DNA of 64,000 nucleotides from a virus (IMGVR_UViG_3300045988_060496:114625-178624); one strand, 5' to 3'. Positions 10,680 to 22,011 are shown, counted from the first letter of the stretch. Numbers and translations are program-made. The notes: a model not told the origin generated them from the letters alone.

Positions 10680-10920
10680 AGAATAATATATTCTCTATTG
10701 CCGCTTTTATTATACCATAGTAGTACATTATCCTCTGTAATATCTACATACGGGTCATAATAAATATACGCGGCAAACATTATGCACACAATTATAAACG
10801 CAATCATGATTTATCGAGTTTTAATAGACCCAGGTCTGGTAGTTGCAGCCTGAAAGTCTTTTCCTTGTTTATCCCACCATGCTTGCTTTGCTTTTAACCA
10901 AGCTACTTTTTTCTTATACT

Positions 10921-11937
10921 TCATTGTTCGGAAATTATTACGATACGATTAAATTCATTATCTCCAAATTCAGTGGTAATTCCGCATCCCTTAACAACCA
11001 ATTTATCCTCTGGAGCACCATAGCTAATCAGAGCCTTCTTCATAGATTCTGCCCTAGCTACAGCAAGGTTATTATTAAACTCTTCTGGACCTTCTTCCGA
11101 AGCATATCCCTCAATTACATAAGTTTTTCCACTATTAGAAATATAGGAAGCTAGTTCTGAGACAGCCACATTGGAAGTTTTAGAAATCTCTGAAGAATTT
11201 TGAAGGAATTGAATTTTTGGAGTCAAAAGCTCTACTTTAGTAATTTCGATTGTGTCTGTCTTAACAATTTCTACTGGTTTACGAGCCATAAGTTCCTCAT
11301 TCTTGGCTCTCAACTCATTAATAGAAGCGTTTAGGCTTTCAACCTCGGCATCACTATACAACTTCATAATTGGAAAGTCCCCTTTGCTAGACTTAAAGCG
11401 ATAGGTAGCACCAATATAGACGTTAAACTCATGATTCAGAGGAGAAGTCTTGGGAAGTAACATATACTCAGGAGTAACATTTAATGCCCATCTATTAGAG
11501 ATATTAAAGTTACATCTAACGGCTCCACGGGCGGATACATTATTATAGACATCTCCATAAGTATGATACCAACCAGCACCAACGATTAGTATAGGCTCAA
11601 ACAGACGCCTATCTCCGTTATATCCACATATCAGGTTAGTAAGATTGGTAGTAACGTTAGCTGTCAAATTATGTGAATCAAAGAATGTTTTATTTCCTTG
11701 GTTCATTCCAGCCATCATGTCTAACTCCAAGCCAAAGATAGGAGTAATCTCCTTACCAATAGCAATGTTTACTAGTACATCATTTGGTTCTGCCCAACTT
11801 CTATGGTTATCCCAAATAGTAGTTCCAACATTACCAGAAATATACCAGTTATCCTTCATACTTTCAGTCTCAACAACTTGTGCGCTAGCAAATGCACACA
11901 TTAAACACAAACAAATAATACTAAAAATTCTCTTCAT
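10921..11937 (-). CDS. OmpA-family outer-membrane protein (signal peptide + OmpA C-terminal peptidoglycan-binding domain)
   Basis: Signal MKRIFSIICLCLMCAFASAQ; C-terminal YVIEGYASEEGPEEFNNNLAVARAESMKKALISYG matches OmpA_C motif. Confidence 0.65.
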   Translation of the reverse strand: MKRIFSIICLCLMCAFASAQVVETESMKDNWYISGNVGTTIWDNHRSWAEPNDVLVNIAIGKEITPIFGLELDMMAGMNQGNKTFFDSHNLTANVTTNLTNLICGYNGDRRLFEPILIVGAGWYHTYGDVYNNVSARGAVRCNFNISNRWALNVTPEYMLLPKTSPLNHEFNVYIGATYRFKSSKGDFPIMKLYSDAEVESLNASINELRAKNEELMARKPVEIVKTDTIEITKVELLTPKIQFLQNSSEISKTSNVAVSELASYISNSGKTYVIEGYASEEGPEEFNNNLAVARAESMKKALISYGAPEDKLVVKGCGITTEFGDNEFNRIVIISEQ

Positions 11938-11953
11938 AATTAAATTAATTAAA

Positions 11954-12388
11954 TTAATCCCACCAAGTTCTCATACGTTCAAACTTAAGTTTATTGTACA
12001 AGTACCAGGCTTTTTCTCTTCTTAAATGGTCTTGAAGAATAGGTTTACTCAAATCAAGATCAGCAGCTTGAGACCAGAATCGTTTCCAGTTCTTAATGTT
12101 TATGTGCCTATCCACGAATCCTTCAGACCCAGGTCTGAAATCGCAATGATAGGCAGAATCTATCTCTAGAACAATATCTAAAAGTCCTAGTGCGAGTTTT
12201 AGATTCTTTTCAACAACTTCATTACCTTCAGCAATTCTAGATACCTTGAAGTATTCATACATTCTAATTAAAGCTTGTTTCTCTAGGGAGAGAACAAAAC
12301 CATAATCAAACGGATAGAACTTCATAGCCTCTTTAATGAGTCTCTTGTTTTTGTTCTTTCTTAGTTTCATATTCTTGACTTGCTTCAA
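11954..12388 (-). CDS. hypothetical protein
   Basis: 144-aa ORF. Confidence 0.45.
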   Translation of the reverse strand: MKQVKNMKLRKNKNKRLIKEAMKFYPFDYGFVLSLEKQALIRMYEYFKVSRIAEGNEVVEKNLKLALGLLDIVLEIDSAYHCDFRPGSEGFVDRHINIKNWKRFWSQAADLDLSKPILQDHLRREKAWYLYNKLKFERMRTWWD

Positions 12389-12794
12389 CTGCTAATTTAT
12401 CTGCTAAATTGTTCATTTCAGAAAAGAAATCGGAATTTGAAGTGTGTCCCTTAACCCAACAAAATTTTATGTCAGGACAAAACTGGCTTGCCTTAGCAAA
12501 AACTTTGTCATATAAGTTCCACAACTCTACATTCTTTTTTCTTTTCCATCCTTTTGTAGCACATCCTATTACATACTGAGAATCTGAATAGATGGTAAGA
12601 GATTCTATCTTACGACTTACTGCATTAAGAGCATATATTACAGCTAACAACTCACATTTGTTGTTAGTAGTATTTGGAATCATCTTGCTAAATTCATAGG
12701 ATTTTTTCCCATCAATTACGAATACAGCTCCTACTCCTCCTGTATTTCTAGATGAACTAAAAGCTCCGTCAGTAAAGACCTCTAAATTACTCAT
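12333..12794 (-). CDS. rnhA: ribonuclease HI
   Basis: RNase H motifs TDGAFSSS, ELLAVIYAL, YSDSQYVI, GHTSN..NNLADKLA. Confidence 0.8.
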   Translation of the reverse strand: MSNLEVFTDGAFSSSRNTGGVGAVFVIDGKKSYEFSKMIPNTTNNKCELLAVIYALNAVSRKIESLTIYSDSQYVIGCATKGWKRKKNVELWNLYDKVFAKASQFCPDIKFCWVKGHTSNSDFFSEMNNLADKLAVEASQEYETKKEQKQETH

Positions 12795-13179
12795 TCTGAG
12801 TATTAGTCCTGAGATTAGTTCCTAGTATTGCTATCTTTAGCAGGTCGTCTTGATTGTCACAAAATATATTATCTAAAATATAGTTTGCGTAATCAACAAT
12901 TCTAACTCTCTTTCCTATAGCACCATATTTTTCGTTAAGCCATTTAAGCTGAGGAGCAAAATCTTCTAGGTCGTCTCCTAAATGCCGTAAAGCCTTCCTA
13001 ACAGGAACAGGAAACCACATTTTCTCCTTTATCCAGTCTAAATGACAATAACCAAACGCAAATGCTCTACTTAAATCCTTCTGAATAAACTCGTCTAACT
13101 CGAAATTTCTCTCATGCCTACCAGCTTCCTCGAAATCATCTTTCAAATCCTCACAAAAAATCTGATTAAATTCAATCAT
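12787..13179 (-). CDS. hypothetical protein
   Basis: 130-aa ORF, 8-nt overlap with neighbours. Confidence 0.45.
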   Translation of the reverse strand: MIEFNQIFCEDLKDDFEEAGRHERNFELDEFIQKDLSRAFAFGYCHLDWIKEKMWFPVPVRKALRHLGDDLEDFAPQLKWLNEKYGAIGKRVRIVDYANYILDNIFCDNQDDLLKIAILGTNLRTNTQNE

Positions 13180-13570
13180 AACTCCAAGTTTCTAGGCAAG
13201 CTATAAGTTCCAGCATCCCATATCTGCAAATAACCTTGAATGGTCCAGTAGCTATAGAAAGATAAGGACTTTTGTTGTCATTGTACAGCTTCATTACTTC
13301 TCTTAGTAGTATACTAGCATTTCTGGATAGTTCGTAAAGAGTGGGAACTCTGTGTTCGTTCGGACCTACATACATTTTCCATGTACTTTTGCCTATACAG
13401 CGACCCTCGTCATCATACTCTCTATGACTCTTGTTCCACTGCATATACTCCAGAACCTTATCAAAATCAAAGTTCTCCATAATGCTTTTGTATTGTTCCT
13501 CCAATGGGGGACAATCATCCCTTGTCAGGACTGTTCTCTTTGTTTTGCTCATTTTTGTAACAATTAACAA
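13172..13570 (-). CDS. hypothetical protein
   Basis: 132-aa ORF. Confidence 0.45.
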   Translation of the reverse strand: MLIVTKMSKTKRTVLTRDDCPPLEEQYKSIMENFDFDKVLEYMQWNKSHREYDDEGRCIGKSTWKMYVGPNEHRVPTLYELSRNASILLREVMKLYNDNKSPYLSIATGPFKVICRYGMLELIACLETWSYD

Positions 13571-13856
13571 GATTCTGTAAGTTGGACAACTTATCAGTTC
13601 TTACACTGACCAGTAGCCCACCCTTACGTAAGTTGTAACTAAGTTTAATTCCGCAATGATTTAGAATTTCGATAAACTCTCTCAATGCGCTTCCCTTTAA
13701 CACATTTCTGTAGACTAGTTTCTGACCATCTTGATATCCTGCTCGATAATATTCATTCGCAACATCAGAAATAAGCCATCGCTTAATAGGAGATACCCTA
13801 CTTAAGAGTTCATTGACTCTGGTTGCGATAAAATCCATATTACTGAATACTATCAA
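13515..13856 (-). CDS. hypothetical protein
   Basis: 113-aa ORF. Confidence 0.4.
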   Translation of the reverse strand: MIVFSNMDFIATRVNELLSRVSPIKRWLISDVANEYYRAGYQDGQKLVYRNVLKGSALREFIEILNHCGIKLSYNLRKGGLLVSVRTDKLSNLQNLVNCYKNEQNKENSPDKG

Positions 13857-14013
13857 TTACAAGACTATCCACACCTAGAGTGTCTACACTCATTGTGTCA
13901 GCAACTTCTTTAACGATTGCGATAGAATCGTTTTCTGGAGCCTGAGTTTTTGTATTACCTGCACAAGCAGACATCAGTGCAACCATTCCGAAAAGCAATA
14001 GTACTTTCTTCAT
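13840..14013 (-). CDS. small lipoprotein (57 aa, below ORF-track cutoff)
   Basis: Manual translation MKKVLLLFGMVALMSACAGNTKTQAPEND...: signal peptide plus lipobox Cys. Confidence 0.4.
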   Translation of the reverse strand: MKKVLLLFGMVALMSACAGNTKTQAPENDSIAIVKEVADTMSVDTLGVDSLVIDSIQ

Positions 14014-14488
14014 TTTTCTTAATTTAAATTAGTTAATAATCATTTTATCTATCAAAAAAAAAGAGTGGTTCCAGTATCTGTGCTTCACCAGATACTTTCC
14101 CCACTCCTATCACTCCGAAGAGCTTGTACCATTATTAGGTTGGTCAACCTCCCTCTTCATCTTGTTGAGAATTTGGGATAATAGTCACCAAGTTTAAAGA
14201 TTACTTGTAACTGAAGCAAAAGGCTAGAATCCCGAAGGGATTCCGTAACTCCTTCAACACGTGGTTGACGAGCTATGTAGGAAGCTAACGCGCAGGCAAA
14301 GATGAAGCCATAGTCAAAGACCTAGCTACACTAACAAAGACTAAGACAAAGACTCTCAATTAGAGAGTAGGTTGTAAATTTTTGTGTAGCCAGCGAATAA
14401 AGATTAAATCCATGCGGATTTAAGAATATACTGTTCATAATTATTCCTGTTAAGTATGTTATGTTAGCTTCCTACGGAAGTCCTCTAA

Positions 14489-15400
14489 TTACTTAGAGGA
14501 AGAGTCGCCTTGTCTCCTAATCTCTTCGAAAATATCTAAAAGATTCTTAGGCAAAGCGATTTTTAGTTTGGAAATACGTTCCATTTCAGAAGTTTTCCAA
14601 CTATTGAAACGACTTCTCAACTCTCCTAATTCGGAGGTATATTTGTCGTATTTTGCTTTAAATTCAGCCATTTTCTCACGATACTCTTGTTCTTGAGTGT
14701 TAGAAAGTTTATTAACCTCCTCCTTAAGCTCAGCTTTAAGAGCATTTAACTCCTTCTCGTAAGAACGATAGGTGTCTTGAAGAGACATGAACATATTGTC
14801 CACTTTTTCTACTTCGATGGTAGGGTCTTGGTAGTAGAGAATTAAATCTCTTCCAGAGCCTTCCTTATAGATAGGACAATTCTCAGCTGCATGAACTTCT
14901 TTTCGTGCTTTACTAAAGGCTCCTTTTGGATGAATATACTTTCCATAGGTAGAAGCAAACGCCTCTAATCTTAGGAATTTATTTCTCTTGTTAATATCCC
15001 ACGACTTTATGATAGTCTCTTCAGTCGGAGAAGGTAGAGCTTCTGGATACTTAGGCTGCTCTGGCAGTCCTATTCCCTGACTTTCTGCCCAATCATCAAG
15101 CATAGTAGCAGATACTTTGCCAATCATTCCTTCTTTCTCTTTAATAGCTTCTCGTACCCAAGCACAAAAACTATTCATGGCAGCGACCTTTTCCAAATCA
15201 TCTTTTATAAAGTCAAGGGACTTTTGTCCTACTGTCATTAACTGCTTTTCTCCTCCACCGATAGAGGCTACAGATACTTGAAAGAATTTCACATTATTCA
15301 AGCGTTCCTGTGCTGCTTGAATCATTTCTTGTGCGATGTTCGCATAGAAGTTTGCTGACGTAGAAGTCAACCCTTCATTTCCAAAAAATACACTGTTCAT
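14489..15400 (-). CDS. hypothetical protein
   Basis: 303-aa ORF with coiled-coil-like C-terminus. Confidence 0.5.
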   Translation of the reverse strand: MNSVFFGNEGLTSTSANFYANIAQEMIQAAQERLNNVKFFQVSVASIGGGEKQLMTVGQKSLDFIKDDLEKVAAMNSFCAWVREAIKEKEGMIGKVSATMLDDWAESQGIGLPEQPKYPEALPSPTEETIIKSWDINKRNKFLRLEAFASTYGKYIHPKGAFSKARKEVHAAENCPIYKEGSGRDLILYYQDPTIEVEKVDNMFMSLQDTYRSYEKELNALKAELKEEVNKLSNTQEQEYREKMAEFKAKYDKYTSELGELRSRFNSWKTSEMERISKLKIALPKNLLDIFEEIRRQGDSSSK

Positions 15401-15591
15401 ATTAGTTACGTTTTGTTAGTTTATCCACAACATTAATTATTGATTCTTCTCCTGCTATAAATCCATCACGATGAACATTTCTAAGTAAACTCTTCAGAGA
15501 TTCTAATTCTTCGTCTGACTTTAGAGTATTTTTTCTATATATTTCAATAAGTTCTTCTATATATCTTTCCATATTATTGATATTAAATTAG

Positions 15592-15677
15592 TACCCGAAG
15601 TGGGACTCGAACCCACACGCCCATTACTGGGCATCAGAGCTTAAATCTGACGTGTCTACCAATTCCACCATTCGGGC
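15592..15677 (-). tRNA. tRNA-Leu(UAA), type II
   Basis: Acceptor GCCCGAA/TTCGGGT, anticodon arm TCAGA-TTTAAGC-TCTGA, long variable arm, T-arm GTGGGTTCGAGTCCCAC. Confidence 0.7.
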
Positions 15678-16420
15678 ATAGTGATTAGCTATACTCACGT
15701 ACCGCTAATCAACTTACTATAATAACAGTACAAGTGTTAAATTCAAAGTTAAAAACCGTTAACTTATTTAAACTGCAAACAAATGTTAATAAATTTATCG
15801 ACATCAGTTCCGCAATCTACATAATTCGGAGTGTTAGCTTCGAAGTATTTGAGAACAGCCTCTGTTCCAAAAAGTCCTATCTCTTCGAAATCATACCCCT
15901 CACCGTGAATATCCGATGTAGGCATATTTGGTCTGAATACTAACCAGGCTGTACCAGGAAATTCACAACACGTACAAACAGTCAATCCACTTTCCCTTAG
16001 TTTATCTAAGATTTGTGGACTAACTGTTTTCAATACGACACAATTATCCGAGTTCTGCAAGTCGTTGTCTGATTTCATCTTCGGACATACTTTCCATTTT
16101 CTCAGACTGTTTCTTAGCCAGCAGTTCAGTCAGGCGTGCCTTCTCAGCTGCCTTATCTTTAGCTGCTTCTCTAGCGGCCTTGTCTTTCAGCTTATCAGTG
16201 ATAACATCTTTCACAATGTTGAACTTTAACTCCAGTTCGCTATTGCTAGGAGTATCATTAGTTATGAAAGATTTTCTAGGACTCTTGGCTAATTCTTCGT
16301 CATAGGACACTGCCAGTCTGTCCAATGCAGGCAGACTTAAGTCCCACAAATCTTCCACACTCAAATTACCTTTACTAGTTGCAAAGCGCAACTTCATTTT
16401 AGACGCTTGTTTGTACATAA

Positions 16421-18436
16421 TTAGAATTTAATTTTAAATGGTTTATTATCAACTTTAACTACAACCTCGTCGTGAGACGTACTAGAGAATCCTAGTCCAC
16501 TCAACTGGTTATCGTTGTATTCTGCTTTAGCTCTAGAGCCAATAGCTTCGAATACTCTCTTATGATCTTTTTCGAGATCGGGTCTCAGATATTCATTGAA
16601 GAATCCTCGAACTGGGTCAGGATTTTTACATCCATCAATCATGAAGAATAGGTGCTTGTTTCCTATTTCATTACCTTCCCAATAATTTGGAGAATACATG
16701 ATGCAAGAAACAGTTTGGAAACGCATAGTATCAATGCCCCACTCGTTCATAGACTTGTATGAAGTTGCACCTTCGGCAATTACCGGACTTAGGGTTATAT
16801 TACCAATAGAATCTACCTTGATAATTGCTACCGCAATATATTCTCTGTCTGACACCATCTTATCATAGTTGAACTTATGAAGTTCTCCATTGATTTCGAT
16901 TTCTACCTCGAATCCAAAGTCTATATGTTCTCTTTTGCAGAAGTTATGCACACGCACTTCATATCGACCTGCTCTGAGTTTAGATTGGTCAGTCCAGATA
17001 ATATTCTCGACTGCATCTCTGGTTTTACCAGAACCAGCGTTCATATCTACATCTAGTGTACCACCAGTTAATCCTCTCTTATGCCCGTAATAGATTTCAT
17101 TACCACCAGGTTCTGTTACATGGAGGTCAAGGTCATCATAGTTAAACCAGTGTAGAGAACATCTTAGGAATCCATTTACGTTACCACCTGCTGCTTTTAC
17201 TTTCTCCTTGAATGAATCCGCCATAGAGCCATTATACACCCAAGCGAAGTTATTCTTCCATTTGAACAGCTGACCTGCATCAGGGTTCTCTGGAGCAGTT
17301 AGGGTAACAAAATTAGGAATATGCTTATTCTCAACAAGAATTTGCACATCCTTAGAGTGTGGCAATACATTAGTTACAAACTCCGAAATTGAAATTTCAG
17401 TAGCTTTGGTATACTCTTTAGGATTAACCGTTGAGGTCTCTTTTAAAGAGTCAAATATACCTCCTTTCATACGTGCACGAGTGTCTCTATTTACGAACAG
17501 AACGTCGTTTACAGAAATATCTTCTACACGAGCATGACGGCGAGGAAGGGCATCAGTTAACCCAAGTTCTTCAACCTTCTTCTGAGCAGCCTCAATTTGT
17601 TTCTTAGTAATAAGAGCAGTAGGTCTCTTATAGTTAGATGGAGCCATAATGTTCTCATAAGACTTAACAGCTCTTTCCAGGTCTACACCATTACTTAAGT
17701 CAATCAGTAGAGTTCCCATAGCCGTATTTCTAATTTTAGCTATTGGAGATTTGAAGTTAAACCAACAATAGTTAGTGCGAACCTCTGGTGAGAGATTATC
17801 GGCCTCAAGCATAGTTCTTCTGAACTCTTGCAGAGTCTTTAGGAACTCTTCTCCGCGATAGAGATTATTATCCTCTATCAACTCAATTACGGTTTCTACC
17901 GCACTTAGTTTAAGCTCGGAAAGAGAGCGTTCAAAGACACCAGCTCTAGCTCTAACATCTCCGCGATAACCTGCGGCAGAATCGAAATGATGTACTCTCT
18001 TGTTGAATTTAAACTTGTTAGGAATAGTCACGTACAAGTGAGTCCAAGTTCTAGTAGTTCCATCAGGAAGAAGTTGCACATTATGGTCACAACCGTGAAA
18101 CTCATTAACATCCTGAATGAATATATCTCCTATTCCAGCTTCCTTAACGAGCTTAGCTAAATCAGATGCGGTCTTTTCATAGCCAGGAGTGTGAACATCA
18201 TCCCAGAAGGTTTTCACCTTGTAGGTTTGAGGGTCTATAGCGACTACCTTACCATAGTGACGTATGAAAGACTTACAAGCATTACAATTGTGATCTTGCC
18301 GAATTGTTTCGTCCTCAAAGGAGAGAAGATAACTCATCCACAAAAGGTCTTTGTCTACATTAACTACAAATAAATTATCTGCAATCATAGCATTGAAAGC
18401 AGACTCTACATCTTTCTTGAAATCTTTAAAATTCAT
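16421..18436 (-). CDS. large hypothetical protein (671 aa)
   Basis: Long uninterrupted ORF; no motif recognised by eye. Confidence 0.5.
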   Translation of the reverse strand: MNFKDFKKDVESAFNAMIADNLFVVNVDKDLLWMSYLLSFEDETIRQDHNCNACKSFIRHYGKVVAIDPQTYKVKTFWDDVHTPGYEKTASDLAKLVKEAGIGDIFIQDVNEFHGCDHNVQLLPDGTTRTWTHLYVTIPNKFKFNKRVHHFDSAAGYRGDVRARAGVFERSLSELKLSAVETVIELIEDNNLYRGEEFLKTLQEFRRTMLEADNLSPEVRTNYCWFNFKSPIAKIRNTAMGTLLIDLSNGVDLERAVKSYENIMAPSNYKRPTALITKKQIEAAQKKVEELGLTDALPRRHARVEDISVNDVLFVNRDTRARMKGGIFDSLKETSTVNPKEYTKATEISISEFVTNVLPHSKDVQILVENKHIPNFVTLTAPENPDAGQLFKWKNNFAWVYNGSMADSFKEKVKAAGGNVNGFLRCSLHWFNYDDLDLHVTEPGGNEIYYGHKRGLTGGTLDVDMNAGSGKTRDAVENIIWTDQSKLRAGRYEVRVHNFCKREHIDFGFEVEIEINGELHKFNYDKMVSDREYIAVAIIKVDSIGNITLSPVIAEGATSYKSMNEWGIDTMRFQTVSCIMYSPNYWEGNEIGNKHLFFMIDGCKNPDPVRGFFNEYLRPDLEKDHKRVFEAIGSRAKAEYNDNQLSGLGFSSTSHDEVVVKVDNKPFKIKF

Positions 18437-18767
18437 AATCTTTATTCGTTAAATATTTGATTGCATAATATAATAGTTAGACCAGTCATAACTGCGGTCT
18501 CAAAACCCGTTACTTCCCTAGTTACTAATAGTATTGTTCCCATCAGAACTATTACTAGTAATCTTACTAATTCCTTTTTCCACCATTTCATGCTCTAGCT
18601 TCTTCAAAGTTTCTACACTCTCCTCATTGAACTTATCCACTCCCAGCTCACTAATCTTATATATAATAAGAATTTGGTGAAATCTTAGATAAGGATATTG
18701 GTCAATGATTTGACTTAATCTAGTTAATATCTTGAAATTAGCTTTCTTTCTAAATTTGATAGCTTCT

Positions 18768-19262
18768 TCAATTTGAGCTTCCATATTTATTAAGTATATC
18801 TAATTCCAATTCCTTAACTTTACTTTCATACAAGGAATCCTCAGCGTAGCCAATTCTGTCTAGGAATTTGTAATAATCCTCTTCTGGGTTATACTTACTA
18901 AGGATAAATTGCTTATAAGCGAACACGCAGCTTATCCAACTATCGAACTTGAAGTAAGACATTGTTCTGGAGTTATACAACCCGAACAGATTGTTATTAT
19001 CCTTACAAAGTTTCGATTTAAAATTGCCAGATTCCAGAACAGCCTGAGCTGTTATAATTGCTGGATTTGGAAAATCGTAATGCTTCAAAGTATTGTACAA
19101 TACTTCTTCGTTTACTTCATCCAATAAGTAGAATGGATGCTCTGGCAGCAATACCATTTCCTCCTGTTTCTGATTGAAATGTATCAGATGATGCAAAGAA
19201 TAACCAGTTGCAAATCCGAATACAATACTAATCATAAGGATAATTAAAACTTTCTTTTTCAT
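18768..19262 (-). CDS. membrane-anchored peptidoglycan hydrolase, glucosaminidase (FlgJ/Mur-like) domain; SAR-endolysin-like
   Basis: N-terminal TM KKKVLIILMISIVFGFATG followed by ITAQAVLESGNFKSKLCKDNNNLFGLY (glucosaminidase signature). Confidence 0.5.
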   Translation of the reverse strand: MKKKVLIILMISIVFGFATGYSLHHLIHFNQKQEEMVLLPEHPFYLLDEVNEEVLYNTLKHYDFPNPAIITAQAVLESGNFKSKLCKDNNNLFGLYNSRTMSYFKFDSWISCVFAYKQFILSKYNPEEDYYKFLDRIGYAEDSLYESKVKELELDILNKYGSSN

Positions 19263-21033
19263 AAAACTTCTTCTTCTATTAATCTAATATCCCAGTAATT
19301 TTGAGTTACCGCCCATTCTATAGCGTCTTTCTTCTCTAGAAAAAGAGGAGAGATCTTCTCATAGTTTATAGGGACTTGCCCGTCATATGCCGTGGGAATT
19401 GAAATATAATATACTTTCATATCTCAATTGAATTAATAAATCTCGCATCATTAGCTAATTGATATACAGTAGTATTTAGCTCTGGCACATAGACTATATA
19501 GTAGTAATCAAAGAATTGATTATTATCCTCAAATCCTATGATTACTCCTTTTCGTCCTCCATCTACAATGCAGTCTCTATACATATATTTTGCAATATCT
19601 TGACGGATTCCGTCATGATTTATTACAGCCTGCAATGCAGAAAGTCCGTAGTAAGATGTATTTACACCCCTTATCTCATGTCCAAGCAAATCTTTATCAA
19701 AAGGAGAACTTACTATCATAACAATACTTTAGTTAGGTCCTCTACAGTTAGATTAGCTATCTTCGATAATTCACAGATTTGGTTTGAGAAATCTAGCCTT
19801 GTTTTAAGTTCTAAATCCCTCCATTGCCGTACCTCCTCTCGACTCTTTCTAAGTTCTTCTTGTAAGTAGGATATAGCCGCCCTTGCTGACTTTAATTGCT
19901 CTGTAGAACAAACGACAAAGTGCTTAGCTCCCTTCTTATTTGTAGAAGGAAGAGCGGCCTCAGCCTCTTCAATACTATCGAACTGTCCTAAGATAAAAGG
20001 AATATTATTACATTCCTTAATTAAATAGTACTTACTCATCTTTAATTCCTAGATAATCCTTTAATAATTGAATGTTTCCTTCTCTCAAATGCCGAATAAA
20101 AGCCTCCCTTTCTCTCTCAAATAGCAGAATTTTACTCTCTAACAGGTCTATTCGTCTTTGTTGATTTTCCTCGTATTCTTCAATAGCGTCAGAAATTGCT
20201 TTAAGTATAGAAGATTCCTTCATAGCGCTACTCATTGTAGAACTCTTCGTCCCCATTATCGTCGCCTATAGGATTCTCCCATCCATACTTTACAGCAGTA
20301 GCCTTAAACAAAGGCAACCCATCATAGCATAATTCTCTTCAGGATAATTCTCTAAGCCCTCTTCTAGAACTTGATTCCACCTTAGTACCACGTAGAACAT
20401 TAGGCTAGCTGAAATGCCTCTCTGGTCTAGAGCCTTCTCAAAACCAAACTCCACGTCAGACTTAAGTTGCTCTAGGATATTCTCTCTAGTCCATTCCTTA
20501 GGCTCTGGATAAGGCTCATCACCATCGTACTTGAAGCCTATTTTTTCTAACTGCTCTTCTGTTAAAAACTTTGCTAATCTAGAACCGAAACGGTCATCGA
20601 GAACTACGGCATAGTCTTTGTAATTGTCTAAAATCTCATTTAACGTTTTCATTTTTTACATATCTTTTAGGTAAATATTTTGAGGATATTCCCCGAATAC
20701 TGATAGAGTTACAGCACAAATCCATACCCTGTCATTGTAATTCTTACTTTTGCATAAGTAAGTTGCTCCACATTCATCCTCCTCAATTTTAGACAACGTT
20801 ATCTTAGCTGCAGCTGGGTCAACCATCTGCAATCTAACAAACTTATTATCTAGAGAATCAAGAAGTTCATCTGCACCACCAACCATTGCTAGTTCCTCTG
20901 GTGTTCCGTCATAATCTGGCCACCAATAGAACCAGACTCCTCCAACCTTTACAAACTCAAATGTTTTTCTCATCAATTATTAATTATATTAAACAAAAAA
21001 TACCCCAACAACTTCCGCTGCTGGGGTACATAG

Positions 21034-21105
21034 TAACGCCAACGGGATTCGAACCCGTATGGCAGGCGTGAAAAGCCTGAATCCTAACCATTAGATGATG
21101 GCGCT
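21034..21105 (-). tRNA. tRNA-Glu(UUC)
   Basis: Anticodon arm CAGGC-TTTTCAC-GCCTG; T-arm ACGGGTTCGAATCCCGT. Confidence 0.65.
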
Positions 21106-21108
21106 ATC

Positions 21109-21783
21109 CTACTGCACAATTAAGCTATAAGCTTCTTGCAACAGTTTAATAGTTGGAACCATATGGTTATCAACAACTATTATTTTATAAATGTTCAGAA
21201 TTTCTTTGTAGGTTAAAGATGTACAAGTTAGAAATATCTGCACATCTTCGTTTACAGAACCATTTGACAATCCCAAATCTACTTTAATCATACTGGGTAA
21301 TGTTCCAATCTGAGAAATATCCCAAGTAGATTTAGTTCTCCTGAAAACTTCCCGCTGTTTGGAAGTAAGTTGCTTTTCTTTCAATCTAGACTCAATAATA
21401 GTACCATCAAACGTTAACGAACCTCCATCGGTATTACTATTATTTAATGCTAGCTGAATCTTCTGAACTGCAGAGTCTTTAGGTTTTGGCTTAAATTGCA
21501 CTCCTTCCTTCAAGCCCTTAATAATCTGCAATGAAGGAATAAAGTCTTTTATTTGAGTTGCATTCCATACAAGAAATTTTCCAGGACTATCCTTAACAGT
21601 AACTATATACTTAGTCCCTCCGTTCAATGGGATAATTACTTGTAAGTCTGCATCACTCATTTTACTTAAATGGTCTGATACTCTAACTTTGACGTTTCCA
21701 ATGACAAAGTAGCGAGAAACAGTGGTTTCAGCTTCGATAATCTCGGAAGCTGTTGCTAATAAATACTTTTCTAATCTAGTCAT
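21109..21783 (-). CDS. hypothetical protein
   Basis: 224-aa ORF. Confidence 0.5.
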   Translation of the reverse strand: MTRLEKYLLATASEIIEAETTVSRYFVIGNVKVRVSDHLSKMSDADLQVIIPLNGGTKYIVTVKDSPGKFLVWNATQIKDFIPSLQIIKGLKEGVQFKPKPKDSAVQKIQLALNNSNTDGGSLTFDGTIIESRLKEKQLTSKQREVFRRTKSTWDISQIGTLPSMIKVDLGLSNGSVNEDVQIFLTCTSLTYKEILNIYKIIVVDNHMVPTIKLLQEAYSLIVQ

Positions 21784-21811
21784 AAATAATTAATCTATTA
21801 AATTACCAAAG

Positions 21812-21884
21812 ATCCCCCACTCGGATTCGAACCGAGGTCTCGAGATTACAAATCACGTGTTCTAACCAACTAAACTACAGGGGA
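21812..21884 (-). tRNA. tRNA-Thr(UGU)
   Basis: Acceptor TCCCCTG/TGGGGGA; anticodon loop TTTGTAA; T-arm CTCGGTTCGAATCCGAG. Confidence 0.65.
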
Positions 21885-21928
21885 ATAAATGCCGAGACTG
21901 GGGGATTCGAACCCCAACCTTCACAGTG

Positions 21929-22000
21929 CCGAGAGTACCAGACTCGAACTGGTGACCTTCGCATAGACAGTGCACTATTCTACCACTGAACTAACCCTCG
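21929..22000 (-). tRNA. tRNA-Asp(GUC)
   Basis: Acceptor CGAGGGT/ACTCTCG; anticodon loop CTGTCTA; T-arm ACCAGTTCGAGTCTGGT. A second T-arm/acceptor remnant (GGGGGTTCGAATCCCCC-AGTCTCGG) lies at 21891-21928. Confidence 0.6.
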
Positions 22001-22011
22001 GTGTAACTGGA

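Noticed and set aside
14040-14438. Minus-strand TAG-read-through ORF starting at ATG 14438 (MNSIFLNPHGFNLYSL...)
   Set aside because: The translation is low-complexity and hydrophobic without motifs, and the region is dominated by perfect hairpins; more plausibly non-coding.
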